Source: a bacterium
Lineage (GTDB): Bacteria; Patescibacteriota; Minisyncoccia; Phycocordibacterales; UBA5272
Reading direction: 5' to 3'
Assembly (NCBI GenBank): GCA_023267635.1
Contig: JAHFMX010000004.1
Location: 2,837 to 66,836 of the forward strand
Length of the DNA stretch: 64,000 nt
A program made the translations under genes and the position numbers. Position 1 is the first letter of the stretch, and each line of letters starts with the position of its first letter. Positions 25,689 to 35,124 of the stretch are shown piece by piece. The notes below the pieces were generated by a model, which was given only the letters and a program-made list of their open reading frames with translations, ran no database searches and was not told the DNA's origin.

Positions 25689-28577
25689 ATGGAATCATAT
25701 AATCCTAAAAACATAGAACCTAAGTGGCAAAAGAAATGGGCAGACACAAAGCTCTACGAGACTGATATTTCTACCACAAAAAAGAAAATGTATGTTTTGG
25801 ATATGTTTCCATACCCATCAGGTGAAGGGCTCCACGTCGGACACCCTAAAGGATATATTGCAACAGATATTTATTCTCGCATGAAGAAGATGAGTGGATT
25901 TGAGGTGCTTCACCCAATGGGATGGGATGCTTTCGGTCTTCCTGCTGAGGAATTTGCTCTTAAACATAAAGTTCACCCACGAGTAGCTGTAGAGAAAAAT
26001 ATTGCTCGCTTTAAAGAGCAGCTTTCAATCATTGGATGTAATTATGATTGGACGAAAGAAATTAATACAACCGATCCAGAATTTTATAAATGGACTCAGT
26101 GGATTTTTAAACAAATGTGGAAGAAAAATCTCGCATACGAAAGTAACGAACCTATCAACTGGTGTCCATCATGTAAGACTGGGCTTGCGAACGAGGATCT
26201 AGAAGGAGACTCATGTGAGCGCTGTGGAAGTAAAGTAGAAAAGAAACCACTTCGACAGTGGGTACTTAAGATTACTGACTATGCAGATCGCATGATTGCA
26301 GATTTGGATAAGTTGGAATGGCCAGAAGGTGTAAAGCTTGCGCAGAAGAATTGGATCGGAAAAAGTGAAGGTGCAGAATTTGATTTTGAGTTAGTTGCGG
26401 GAATGGGTGTTCCCGTATCTCAAAAAGTATTCACCACACGACCAGACACGCTCTACGGCGCAACGTTTGTCGCTATTTCAGCTGAGCTTGCAAATACATG
26501 GATTAAAAATGGTTGGGAGACAACGAATGAGGTTGTTAGTTTTGCTGCCGCGCTCATACATGAACAAGAGTCTCTTGGGTATGGAGCAGAAAAAGAGAAG
26601 AAGGGAATATTCACTGGTGTCTACGCAATTAACCCAGCAACAAAGGAAGAGATTCCTGTGTGGATTGCTAACTATGTTATGGGAGGAGTGGGGACAGGGG
26701 CGCTTATGGCGGTCCCAGCTCATGATGACCGTGATTTTGAATTTGCTCAGATATATAATCTTCCAATTAAAGAAGTTATTCGTCCGTATGTTATTGATCA
26801 TGTGAACGCCCCACGAGCTGATAAGGTTACAAAAGTTCGTCGTAACGTGCACGCAATTGTGTATGATCCAAAGACTAAGAAATATTTGATACTAAGAAAC
26901 TCAATTCATAATTGGGACACGATTGTAATCGGCGGAGTAGAGGAAGGAGAAGATTTGATTGAGGCTGCTAAGCGAGAACTTGCTGAAGAAACGGGGTATA
27001 CAGATGTTGTATATAAGAGAACGCTTGGTTTCCCTGTACAGGCGGGATATTTTGCACCTCATAAAGATGAGAACAGATTAGCAATCGCCTCTGCACTTTA
27101 TTTTGAATTAGAAAGCGATACTAAGGTTGAAATTCCAACTGATGGGGAGAATGAGGGAAATGAGATCGTGTGGGTGGACGAATCAGATTTTGCTTTAGGT
27201 AAAATGATTAATTCAGAACTTGGACATTGGCTCGCTAGACTTAAGACAGGTAAAGATGTCGCGTATACAGGGGCGGGCGTACTAGTTAATTCTGGAGATC
27301 ACGACGGACTCACCTCTGAAGAAGCGTGCAAGAAAATAACAGAAGTTGTCGGAGGAAAGCTACTGTCTCGCTACCGTTTGAAGGATTGGGTATTTGCTCG
27401 ACAAAGATATTGGGGAGAACCTTTTCCAATTGTGTTTGATGAGAATCACGTTGCGCACGTTGTTGCTGACAGTGAGCTTCCCGTTAGGTTACCAGAAGTT
27501 GAAAAGTATGAACCAACAGGAACAGGGGAAAGCCCACTTGCTGCGATAGAATCTTGGGTGAATGTTACTGGGTATCTTAACGAAGAAGGGGAGTTTGTAA
27601 GTTGCGACTCATCTCATCCACAAGCTAGGCGTTTTACTCGCGAAACAAACACCATGCCACAATGGGCGGGGTCATCGTGGTACTATCTTCGTTTTGCGGA
27701 TCCTCACAATACTCAAGCGCTCACCGATAGCGGCATTGAAAAGAAATGGCAGCCAGTGGACGTGTATGTGGGAGGAGATCATGCAACTCGCCACTTAATC
27801 TACGCTCGTTTTTGGCACAAGTTTTTGTATGATATTGGTGTCGTATCAAACGACGAACCTTTTTCGCGACTTGAGTTTCTCGGATTTATCCTCGCTGAAG
27901 ATGGACGCAAAATGAGTAAGCGCGCAGGAAATGTTATCAATCCAGATGATGTTGTTAATCAGTATGGGGCAGATACTCTTCGAGTATATGAAATGTTTAT
28001 GGGTCCATTTGAACAGACCGTTGCGTGGGACACAAAAGGAATTGCAGGGGCTGAGCGATTTCTCGAACGTGTGTGGAAGCTCTCTGCCAAGGTAAGCTCT
28101 GATGTAGCTGATTCAGACCAGATGAAGTCACTGCTTCATAAAACAATTAAAAAAGTAGGCGAAGATATCGAAGGTTTTAAATTTAACACTGCTATTAGTG
28201 CGATGATGATATGTCTTAATCAAGCTGACGCAGAGGCCCCTGTTTCTCAATCCTGGTACACAGAGTTTCTAAAGATTTTGGCTCCATTTGCACCTCATAT
28301 TACAGAAGAGTTATGGAATCAGTCAGGAGAAGAGGGGTCTATTCATGAGAGTGCTTGGACTGTGTATGATGAAAGTTACCTGCGGGAGGCAATGGCTACC
28401 ATCGCAATTCAAATTGGTGGTAAGTTGCGAGGAACCCTTACCGTTCCTCATGATACGACAGAGATACACCTAGTAGATGAGGTTAAGAAAACTGATTTCT
28501 TCCAAAAATATGTCGGAGAGGCTACTCCTAAAAAAATCATTTTTGTGCCCAACAAGCTCATAAATATCGTAATTTGA
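25689..28577 (+). CDS. leuS: leucyl-tRNA synthetase with an inserted NUDIX hydrolase domain (aa ~365-523)
   Basis: HIGH (HVGHPKGY), KMSKS (KMSKRAGN), CP1 editing motifs (TTRPDT, AVPAHDDRDFEFA); insert carries a perfect Nudix box GGVEEGEDLIEAAKRELAEETGY; 962 aa vs ~800-860 typical. Confidence 0.9.
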   Translation: MESYNPKNIEPKWQKKWADTKLYETDISTTKKKMYVLDMFPYPSGEGLHVGHPKGYIATDIYSRMKKMSGFEVLHPMGWDAFGLPAEEFALKHKVHPRVAVEKNIARFKEQLSIIGCNYDWTKEINTTDPEFYKWTQWIFKQMWKKNLAYESNEPINWCPSCKTGLANEDLEGDSCERCGSKVEKKPLRQWVLKITDYADRMIADLDKLEWPEGVKLAQKNWIGKSEGAEFDFELVAGMGVPVSQKVFTTRPDTLYGATFVAISAELANTWIKNGWETTNEVVSFAAALIHEQESLGYGAEKEKKGIFTGVYAINPATKEEIPVWIANYVMGGVGTGALMAVPAHDDRDFEFAQIYNLPIKEVIRPYVIDHVNAPRADKVTKVRRNVHAIVYDPKTKKYLILRNSIHNWDTIVIGGVEEGEDLIEAAKRELAEETGYTDVVYKRTLGFPVQAGYFAPHKDENRLAIASALYFELESDTKVEIPTDGENEGNEIVWVDESDFALGKMINSELGHWLARLKTGKDVAYTGAGVLVNSGDHDGLTSEEACKKITEVVGGKLLSRYRLKDWVFARQRYWGEPFPIVFDENHVAHVVADSELPVRLPEVEKYEPTGTGESPLAAIESWVNVTGYLNEEGEFVSCDSSHPQARRFTRETNTMPQWAGSSWYYLRFADPHNTQALTDSGIEKKWQPVDVYVGGDHATRHLIYARFWHKFLYDIGVVSNDEPFSRLEFLGFILAEDGRKMSKRAGNVINPDDVVNQYGADTLRVYEMFMGPFEQTVAWDTKGIAGAERFLERVWKLSAKVSSDVADSDQMKSLLHKTIKKVGEDIEGFKFNTAISAMMICLNQADAEAPVSQSWYTEFLKILAPFAPHITEELWNQSGEEGSIHESAWTVYDESYLREAMATIAIQIGGKLRGTLTVPHDTTEIHLVDEVKKTDFFQKYVGEATPKKIIFVPNKLINIVI

Positions 28578-28602
28578 CGTTTTTGGCAAGTTCTGGTAGA
28601 AT
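28575..28602 (+). promoter_or_regulatory. sigma70-type promoter (-35 TTGACG, 16-nt spacer, extended -10 TGGTAGAAT)
   Basis: TTGACGtttttggcaagttcTGGTAGAAT; ATG at 28624. Confidence 0.5.
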
Positions 28603-28623
28603 GTATTTTATATATCACCACAT

Positions 28624-29652
28624 ATGGCAGGAATAACCTTTAAACCAAAAGCAGTTTCGAAGAAGCTTCTCACCACCCTCAACCCACGTACACGTGAGAT
28701 TGTGGTTAATCGCTATGGTCTTGAGAAGGAAGGTCGCATGACGCTTGAAGCGATCGGGAAGACATACGACATTACTCGTGAACGTGTTCGCCAGATTGAA
28801 AATTTTGCCCTAGCTTCGATTAAAAAATCAAAGGAATTTAAGGAACACGCTTTTGTGTTTGACGAACTTAAGGCTGTTCTTAAAGAACTTGGGGCTGTTG
28901 TTTCAGAGGAACACCTCATGCGTCATATTTCAAAGGATCCTGTAGTTCAGAACCACATTAACCTATACCTCGCTCTTGGGGATGAATTCAAGAAGCATAA
29001 AGAAGACGATAATTTTCACGCTCACTTTTCAATTGATGATAAGCACGCAACACATATTCGTGAAGCCCTTGGAAAACTCTACGGTTCTATTGATGAAGAA
29101 GACCTGGTAACAGAAGAAGAAATCTTTACTCGTTTTACGGGACATCTTACAGAGGTTCTTGGAGAATTTAAGGACAATAAAGAAGTTATTTATCGCTACC
29201 TCGCACTTTCAAAAGTAATCGGCAAGAATCAGCTCTCAGAATGGGGACGCACATCATCTCCTCATGTTAAAGCTCGTGGTATTAAAGACTATGCATACTT
29301 GATTATGCGTCGCGCAGGACGCCCTATGCACTTCAAGGAGGTGGCTACAGAAATCAATAAGACATTCGGAAAGAAAGCTCATGTTGCGACATGTCACAAC
29401 GAACTGATTAAGGATTCTCGATTCGTTCTTGTTGGCCGCGGAATGTATGGTCTTAAAGACTGGGGACACACAGGAGGTGTTGTTCGGGATGTAATCACTG
29501 AAGTTCTTAAGGAATCAGGACGCCCACTTCCAAAAGATGAAATTGTTAAACGAGTGCTCGCAAAGCGCATTGTAAAACCAAACACCGTTCTCGTAAATCT
29601 TCAGAACGCCAAGTATTTCCGTAAGGTTGCTGGAGAATACACACTAGCCTAA
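28624..29652 (+). CDS. sigma-70 region-4-like HTH domain protein with long C-terminal extension
   Basis: N-terminal LEAIGKTYDITRERVRQIENFALASIKK matches sigma region 4.2; no regions 2/3. Confidence 0.55.
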   Translation: MAGITFKPKAVSKKLLTTLNPRTREIVVNRYGLEKEGRMTLEAIGKTYDITRERVRQIENFALASIKKSKEFKEHAFVFDELKAVLKELGAVVSEEHLMRHISKDPVVQNHINLYLALGDEFKKHKEDDNFHAHFSIDDKHATHIREALGKLYGSIDEEDLVTEEEIFTRFTGHLTEVLGEFKDNKEVIYRYLALSKVIGKNQLSEWGRTSSPHVKARGIKDYAYLIMRRAGRPMHFKEVATEINKTFGKKAHVATCHNELIKDSRFVLVGRGMYGLKDWGHTGGVVRDVITEVLKESGRPLPKDEIVKRVLAKRIVKPNTVLVNLQNAKYFRKVAGEYTLA

Positions 29653-29663
29653 CAAGATAGAGG

Positions 29664-29706
29664 TTACAAACCACGAAGTCGAAAGCCTTCGTGGTTTGTA
29701 ATTTTG
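29664..29706 (+). terminator. strong rho-independent terminator
   Basis: TTACAAACCACGAAGtcgaaagcCTTCGTGGTTTGTAAttttg. Confidence 0.7.
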
Positions 29707-29742
29707 ACTAGTGACTATTCCCTATTACCTAGGTGTTAGTTT

Positions 29743-29751
29743 TGGTATACT
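29743..29751 (+). promoter_or_regulatory. extended -10 box TGGTATACT, leaderless
   Basis: ATG at 29758 lies 6 nt after the box. Confidence 0.4.
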
Positions 29752-29757
29752 ATTTCC

Positions 29758-31275
29758 ATGCAACTCCTCATTGATATCGCGCTTAGCCTTATCTATTTTT
29801 GTCTATTCTTACTTTTGTGCGCATGGGCATGGAGGTTCTGGATGATGTATATCAATCAGAAGTATTTAAACAAAACGAATCAGGAATATGTCATGCTTGA
29901 AATCAAGCTTCCTCGTGAAATTTTTAAATCTCCGTATGCTACTGAAGCGGCGCTAGCTTCACTTCTCCAAAGTGGAGGTATGAGTACATGGCATGCAAGG
30001 CTCTTTCAAGGAAATCTCCCGATGTATTCATCTCTAGAAATTGCATCAATTGAAGGTGTTGTTCATTTCTATATCCGTACTCAAGGAAAATTTCGTTCAC
30101 TTGTTGAATCTAACTTTTATGCACAGTACCCAGGAATAGAAATTGTTGAAGCAGATGATTATACAAACCTCATTAGGTATCATCATCTTACAAAAAATGT
30201 TAATTGTTGGGGGGAAACATATGGACTTCAAAAATCTTGGACACCAACTGATGAAGATAAGGGTGAAGCATATAAAGATAAAAAAGGTGATGACTATAAA
30301 ATGAAGGCAGATTTTCTGCCTATTAAAACATATGTTGATTATGGTTTGGATAAGGATCCAAAAGAAGAGTTTAAGATTGACCCGATTACACCTTTACTTG
30401 AAATGATGGGAAGCATTGGGAAGGGTGAATATTTATGGTATCAAATTATTCTTCAAGATGAATCAGTGTATGATGGAAAAAAGATGCCAAAAATATATGT
30501 TAATGAAATCACACACGAACATCTGTCTCTTGCGGATATGGCTAAAGAATATAAGAAGCAGAAAAAAGTAGCCGGATGGATAAAGAAAGGTGAGAAAGTC
30601 TACGACGATGAAGGGGATGTAAAACAGAAACAGATCGATAAAGATGCGGAGGGAAAACCTATCTATGGTGATGCTGTGCATCAAAAAACAAAACCTATTT
30701 CAAAAAAGGAAGTGGATGTAAGTGCCGAGGATAAAGATTTGATAGAAGCGGTAAATAAGAAACTTTCAAAGCCGCTCGCAAATGTCATTATACGTATGCT
30801 GTACCTGGCCAACACAGACGTAGGAAAATTTAATGTAGGAAATATTCAAAATATTCTTAGTTCCCATAAACCTTTTATAGGAATTAACTCTATTGGTTTC
30901 AAAAAAACAACTGACCCATATGATTTCAAATGGGAGAACTTTAGAGGGCGCCGTGTTCCATGGAGAACAGAAGAGATGTTTGAAGCATATGTTGAGCGCG
31001 AAGGATTCTACCCTCATATTGAATCAAGAAAGTCACTTGATGCTTGGGAGGATTCTATTTTCTGGGAATCAAGTATGAAAACAAGAAAGCTATGGCGCAT
31101 GATGTATGAAGGATTTTTCCATCCATTTAGTCATCCACAAGCAGATGAAGTATTTACGCTTAACCTTGAGGAATTAGCTACACTATGGCACTTGCCTGGC
31201 GCAGTTGCGACAACGCCTACGCTTCCACGTATCGACAGTGCTAAAGGAGTCGCCCCAGTTAATCTTCCTCAATAG
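29758..31275 (+). CDS. hypothetical membrane-anchored protein (505 aa)
   Basis: N-terminal TM, large Lys/Asp-rich domain; immediately upstream of mltG. Confidence 0.5.
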   Translation: MQLLIDIALSLIYFCLFLLLCAWAWRFWMMYINQKYLNKTNQEYVMLEIKLPREIFKSPYATEAALASLLQSGGMSTWHARLFQGNLPMYSSLEIASIEGVVHFYIRTQGKFRSLVESNFYAQYPGIEIVEADDYTNLIRYHHLTKNVNCWGETYGLQKSWTPTDEDKGEAYKDKKGDDYKMKADFLPIKTYVDYGLDKDPKEEFKIDPITPLLEMMGSIGKGEYLWYQIILQDESVYDGKKMPKIYVNEITHEHLSLADMAKEYKKQKKVAGWIKKGEKVYDDEGDVKQKQIDKDAEGKPIYGDAVHQKTKPISKKEVDVSAEDKDLIEAVNKKLSKPLANVIIRMLYLANTDVGKFNVGNIQNILSSHKPFIGINSIGFKKTTDPYDFKWENFRGRRVPWRTEEMFEAYVEREGFYPHIESRKSLDAWEDSIFWESSMKTRKLWRMMYEGFFHPFSHPQADEVFTLNLEELATLWHLPGAVATTPTLPRIDSAKGVAPVNLPQ

Positions 31276-31277
31276 GT

Positions 31278-32174
31278 ATGCGCATTCACGATAAGCTACA
31301 AATGTTAGTGATTGTGGGAGTTCTTGTTTTCGGTTTGCTAGCATACAGTCTAGCTTTTAATGCCCCAACTTCGTTTCCTGAAGGTCAAAGATTCCAAGTT
31401 GGTGAAGGAGAGAGTCTCTACAGTGTGAGCGAGCGTCTTGAAAAAGAAGGTATTATTAATTCAGCACTTTTTTTTAGAGGTTGGATTTCTATACTTGGTC
31501 GAGACAAGGCAATAGATCTTGGGGTATATGTGTTTACTTCAAAGGCACCTTTAGGTGCCGTTGTTGCAAAATTTGTTACAGGCCCTGATGAGCCACTTCT
31601 CTCTGTTACGATTCCTGAGGGGTACACTACGAAGGATATTGCAGAAGCTTTTAAGAAAGCAGTTCCTACTATCTCAGTTGATGCCTTCGGTGAGTTGGTG
31701 CAAAAAGATAAGCTAGATGGATATCTTTTTCCTTCAACGTATTATCCGCTTCCTTCATTTACGGAACAAGATATTATAGAGCGCATGAGAAGCACGTTTG
31801 ATAAAGAATATAATGCTAACTTTGGAGACGTGGCGTACCCACGCTTTGTTCCTACACAACAAGATGTTATTACATTAGCTTCGATTATTGAAGGAGAGGC
31901 CAATACTCCGAAAGACATGAAAATTGTTTCAGGGATTCTACAGAAGCGTCTTGAAAATGGCATGCGTCTTCAGGTGGATGTGGCAGAAGTAACGTATAGA
32001 AAAAGTGGTATTCCAGAGCAACCCATTAGCAACCCTGGATTAGTTGCGATAGATGCAGTCTTTAATCCAATAGCCAATCCATATCTCTATTATTTAACAG
32101 GACGTGATGGTAAAATGTATTACTCAAAAACGTTCGCCGAGCACAAGAAAAATATTGAAAAATATCTTCGTTAA
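31278..32174 (+). CDS. mltG: endolytic murein transglycosylase MltG (YceG family)
   Basis: N-terminal TM, LysM-like region, YceG core (LASIIEGEANTPKD). Confidence 0.7.
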   Translation: MRIHDKLQMLVIVGVLVFGLLAYSLAFNAPTSFPEGQRFQVGEGESLYSVSERLEKEGIINSALFFRGWISILGRDKAIDLGVYVFTSKAPLGAVVAKFVTGPDEPLLSVTIPEGYTTKDIAEAFKKAVPTISVDAFGELVQKDKLDGYLFPSTYYPLPSFTEQDIIERMRSTFDKEYNANFGDVAYPRFVPTQQDVITLASIIEGEANTPKDMKIVSGILQKRLENGMRLQVDVAEVTYRKSGIPEQPISNPGLVAIDAVFNPIANPYLYYLTGRDGKMYYSKTFAEHKKNIEKYLR

Positions 32175-32204
32175 AAATCTTTATCTACTAGTTACTTATC
32201 CCGC

Positions 32205-32756
32205 ATGAAAATTCACAATCTCGCTTTTATTGACACAGAAACAACAGGACTTGACCCAAATAGACATGAAATTATAGAACTAGCCTGTGTTATTGCTCGT
32301 CAGGTTGAGCGTCCAGGAAGAGGTCCTTCTATTGAAATCATAGAAGAGTGTGAATGGAAGATAAAACCTGAACGACTCGAACTAGCTGACGAGGAGGCTC
32401 TTCGTGTGAACGGGTACAACGAAGTTGATTGGATGTTTGCGGTAGACAGAAAAAAAGCTATGGAAGAATTTGCAAAGAAAACACAGAGTGCAACCTTTGT
32501 ATCACATAACCTTGTGTTTGATTACTCTTTCATTCAAAAAGCGTTTGAAGAAACTGGCGTGGATAGTCGTATGCACTATGCAAAGTTAGACACCATTTCT
32601 ATGGCGTTTGCTCGACTCTATGAGGCTCCACAGGCTGATAAGTTCTCTCTTCGTGCGCTCTGTGAGTTGTTGAAAGTGGAAAATACTAAGGCTCACACAG
32701 CACTCGCTGATACGAAAGCTCTTGTGGCGTGTTATCGCAAGATGATGAACGCCTAA
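32205..32756 (+). CDS. DEDD-family 3'-5' exonuclease (DnaQ/epsilon-like)
   Basis: Exo I motif IDTETTGLDP, Exo II FVSHNLVFDYSF, Exo III HTALADT. Confidence 0.75.
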   Translation: MKIHNLAFIDTETTGLDPNRHEIIELACVIARQVERPGRGPSIEIIEECEWKIKPERLELADEEALRVNGYNEVDWMFAVDRKKAMEEFAKKTQSATFVSHNLVFDYSFIQKAFEETGVDSRMHYAKLDTISMAFARLYEAPQADKFSLRALCELLKVENTKAHTALADTKALVACYRKMMNA

Positions 32757-32805
32757 CAAATGGGCTCGAGTTTGAAAAGAAGTTCCTCTATGGTAGATTT
32801 GGGTA

Positions 32806-33855
32806 ATGAATAACAAGAAGAAAGTATATGTCGGCATGTCAGGCGGAGTTGATTCGTCTGTCTCTGCTGCACTTCTTCTTGAACAAGGATACGATGTGAC
32901 AGGCGTGTTCATTAAAGTATGGCAACCAGATTTCATTGAGTGTACATGGAAAGAAGATAGATTAGATGCCATGCGAGTTGCTGCTCAATTAGGCATTCCA
33001 TTCGTGACACTCGATCTTGAAAAAGAATACAAACAGGGTGTTATTGATTATATGATAGAAGAATACAGAATTGGTCGCACACCTAATCCTGATGTGATGT
33101 GCAATCGAGAAGTAAAGTTTGGAGCATTTTGGAGATGGGCCAAGGAACAAGGTGCTGAGTACGTCGCAACGGGACATTATGCTTCTACAGATAATGCACA
33201 CCTACTTCTTCCGAAAGATGCAAATAAAGATCAAACATATTTTTTATGGACCTTGACCTGCGATGATCTTGAGCATGTACTGTTTCCGATTGGTTATATG
33301 GAAAAGGACGATGTGCGAAAAGAAGCAGAAAAAAGAAGTTTGTATACAAGCTCTAAGAAGGACAGTCAGGGACTTTGTTTTATAGGGACGATTGACCTAA
33401 AAACACTTCTTAAGGAATACATCAAACAAGAAACAGGAGACGTTATAAATCAAGCTGGTGAGATTATAGGGAGCCATGAAGGGGTTATGTTTTATACTAT
33501 CGGTGAGCGACATGGTTTTACTATTACAAAAAAAAGCACTGATGATGCACCGTACTATGTTATTGGAAAAGATTTAGAAAAGAACCTGCTTATTATTTCG
33601 CACAGTAAACCACACACAGAAAAGAGCCAGGAAATAGTTTTAGAAAAGATAAGCTTTGTAAATGAAGTTCCTCAAAAAGAAACTACATATAGCGCACGCG
33701 GGCGTTATCGAGCACCTCTCGCGAAGGTAAAAATAGTTGAAGATAACAATGTATGGAAGGTGCAAGTTTTGGAAGGAGAGCTTATTCATACATCAGGACA
33801 ATCTCTGGTCCTCTATGACGATACAAAATGTATCGGTGGAGGTATCATGAGATAA
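32806..33855 (+). CDS. mnmA: tRNA 2-thiouridine(34) synthase MnmA
   Basis: PP-loop MSGGVDSSV; catalytic Cys region; C-terminal beta-barrel. Confidence 0.85.
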   Translation: MNNKKKVYVGMSGGVDSSVSAALLLEQGYDVTGVFIKVWQPDFIECTWKEDRLDAMRVAAQLGIPFVTLDLEKEYKQGVIDYMIEEYRIGRTPNPDVMCNREVKFGAFWRWAKEQGAEYVATGHYASTDNAHLLLPKDANKDQTYFLWTLTCDDLEHVLFPIGYMEKDDVRKEAEKRSLYTSSKKDSQGLCFIGTIDLKTLLKEYIKQETGDVINQAGEIIGSHEGVMFYTIGERHGFTITKKSTDDAPYYVIGKDLEKNLLIISHSKPHTEKSQEIVLEKISFVNEVPQKETTYSARGRYRAPLAKVKIVEDNNVWKVQVLEGELIHTSGQSLVLYDDTKCIGGGIMR

Positions 33856-33884
33856 AAAGAGAGGCGCGAAGCCTCTCTTTGTAA

Positions 33885-34601
33885 TTAGTGAGAATGTCCT
33901 TCGTGACTATCTGGGTGTCGTCGATGGAAACCGATCTCAAGCCAGATAATCCAGAGCACAATCGCTCCCAAAGAAGCAATACTTGCTATTTCAAGTGCAT
34001 GAAGTTGCTCATGATCTATTTGTTTCCCAAGCATGTAGACAAGTATTGCTGAAATAGGAGATCCTATTTGAGCTGCCATACCGTAGACGATTGATTTTCT
34101 AATAGAAAGACCTAAGCCCCGAAACACAGTGAGCGTACCAATTATTTTTGGAAGCTCGTGGATAATAATTCCAAGTGTTGCAGCGTATCCCAGTAATGGA
34201 CTTACCAAATAGGTTGCTCCAATCACAGCTCCATCAATGAGAGAATGGAAGGCTTCACTCACCACAATTCCTTTTGCCCCTTCTAGCTCTTTATCGTGAG
34301 CATGTCCGTGATTGAAACGCGAAAGAATAAAAAGGGTAATGAGTGCCGTGATTGCAGCAACCAGTAAGTCAGTCCACCCTAAGTCTTCAGCATGTTCATT
34401 GAATGTTGCGAAGACAGTAAACACAAGAAGACCAAGCCCAATGAACAGGAAAGCAATTTTGAGCTTTCCTTCGAAAAGGTTTCTTCGCAAGAGAAGAGCA
34501 ATAACCGCAAGTAGAGGAAGTGCCGCAGAGCTCAAAAGAACAAGTAATAGTGATTGGTTCATGAGTATTTCCATAGGTGTAGGTATGTATAACAGTATCA
34601 C
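33885..34601 (-). CDS. ZIP-family metal (zinc) transporter
   Basis: Polytopic; HELPKIIG (cf ZupT HNxPEG), His-rich loop NHGHAHDKE and His-rich C-terminus. Confidence 0.55.
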   Translation of the reverse strand: MILLYIPTPMEILMNQSLLLVLLSSAALPLLAVIALLLRRNLFEGKLKIAFLFIGLGLLVFTVFATFNEHAEDLGWTDLLVAAITALITLFILSRFNHGHAHDKELEGAKGIVVSEAFHSLIDGAVIGATYLVSPLLGYAATLGIIIHELPKIIGTLTVFRGLGLSIRKSIVYGMAAQIGSPISAILVYMLGKQIDHEQLHALEIASIASLGAIVLWIIWLEIGFHRRHPDSHEGHSH

Positions 34602-34612
34602 GTGATATGTTT

Positions 34613-34660
34613 ATATGCAAATAGTTCGCACAGTATTTGTTCTGCGAATACATTGCATAT
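34613..34660. promoter_or_regulatory. imperfect 21-bp inverted repeat; candidate Zur/Fur operator in divergent ZIP-fur intergenic region
   Basis: atatgcaaatagttcgcacag tatttg ttctgcgaatacattgcatat (16/21 arm complementarity). Confidence 0.45.
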
Positions 34661-34677
34661 ACTTTTATAAAGTAGCA

Positions 34678-34686
34678 TGATAGTAT
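34678..34686 (+). promoter_or_regulatory. extended -10 box TGATAGTAT for fur-family gene
   Basis: ATG at 34696. Confidence 0.35.
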
Positions 34687-34695
34687 GAATACAGC

Positions 34696-35124
34696 ATGGC
34701 AATATATTCTAAAGACGAGCTTATTAACATGGTAAAAGGTGCAGGACTTCGTGTCACTGATCATCGGCTTTTAGTGTTGGAATATTTAGCAAAAGTAAAA
34801 CAGCCTGTTACTGTGTATGAACTCGTGGAAGACCTCCGCAAGAAAGAAAACATTGATCAAGCAACGGTATACCGAAATCTTTCCTCTCTACACGAGGCAG
34901 GACTCCTGAGACGGCTTGATTTTAATCATGGACATGCGCATTACGAGCTTGAAACAGGACATGCGTCACATCAGCTGGTGTGTAATAACTGTGAGACAAT
35001 AGAAAAGATAGAAGGCATTTCTATTGATGATACTGTGAAGAAAATGCTTAAGAAGAGTAAAAAGTTTAAACACACAACAACTCACTCAATGGAAATATAC
35101 GGTTTATGCAAAACTTGCGCCTAG
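34696..35124 (+). CDS. Fur-family metalloregulator (likely Zur)
   Basis: wHTH, HAHYELETGHASHQLVCNNC...C..C metal sites; adjacent to ZIP transporter. Confidence 0.8.
   Translation: MAIYSKDELINMVKGAGLRVTDHRLLVLEYLAKVKQPVTVYELVEDLRKKENIDQATVYRNLSSLHEAGLLRRLDFNHGHAHYELETGHASHQLVCNNCETIEKIEGISIDDTVKKMLKKSKKFKHTTTHSMEIYGLCKTCA

Noticed and set aside
26781-27257. Intein as the explanation for the leuS insertion
   Set aside because: - The insert has a perfect Nudix box.
- It lacks intein block A/G residues (no N-terminal Cys/Ser, no C-terminal His-Asn followed by Cys/Ser/Thr).
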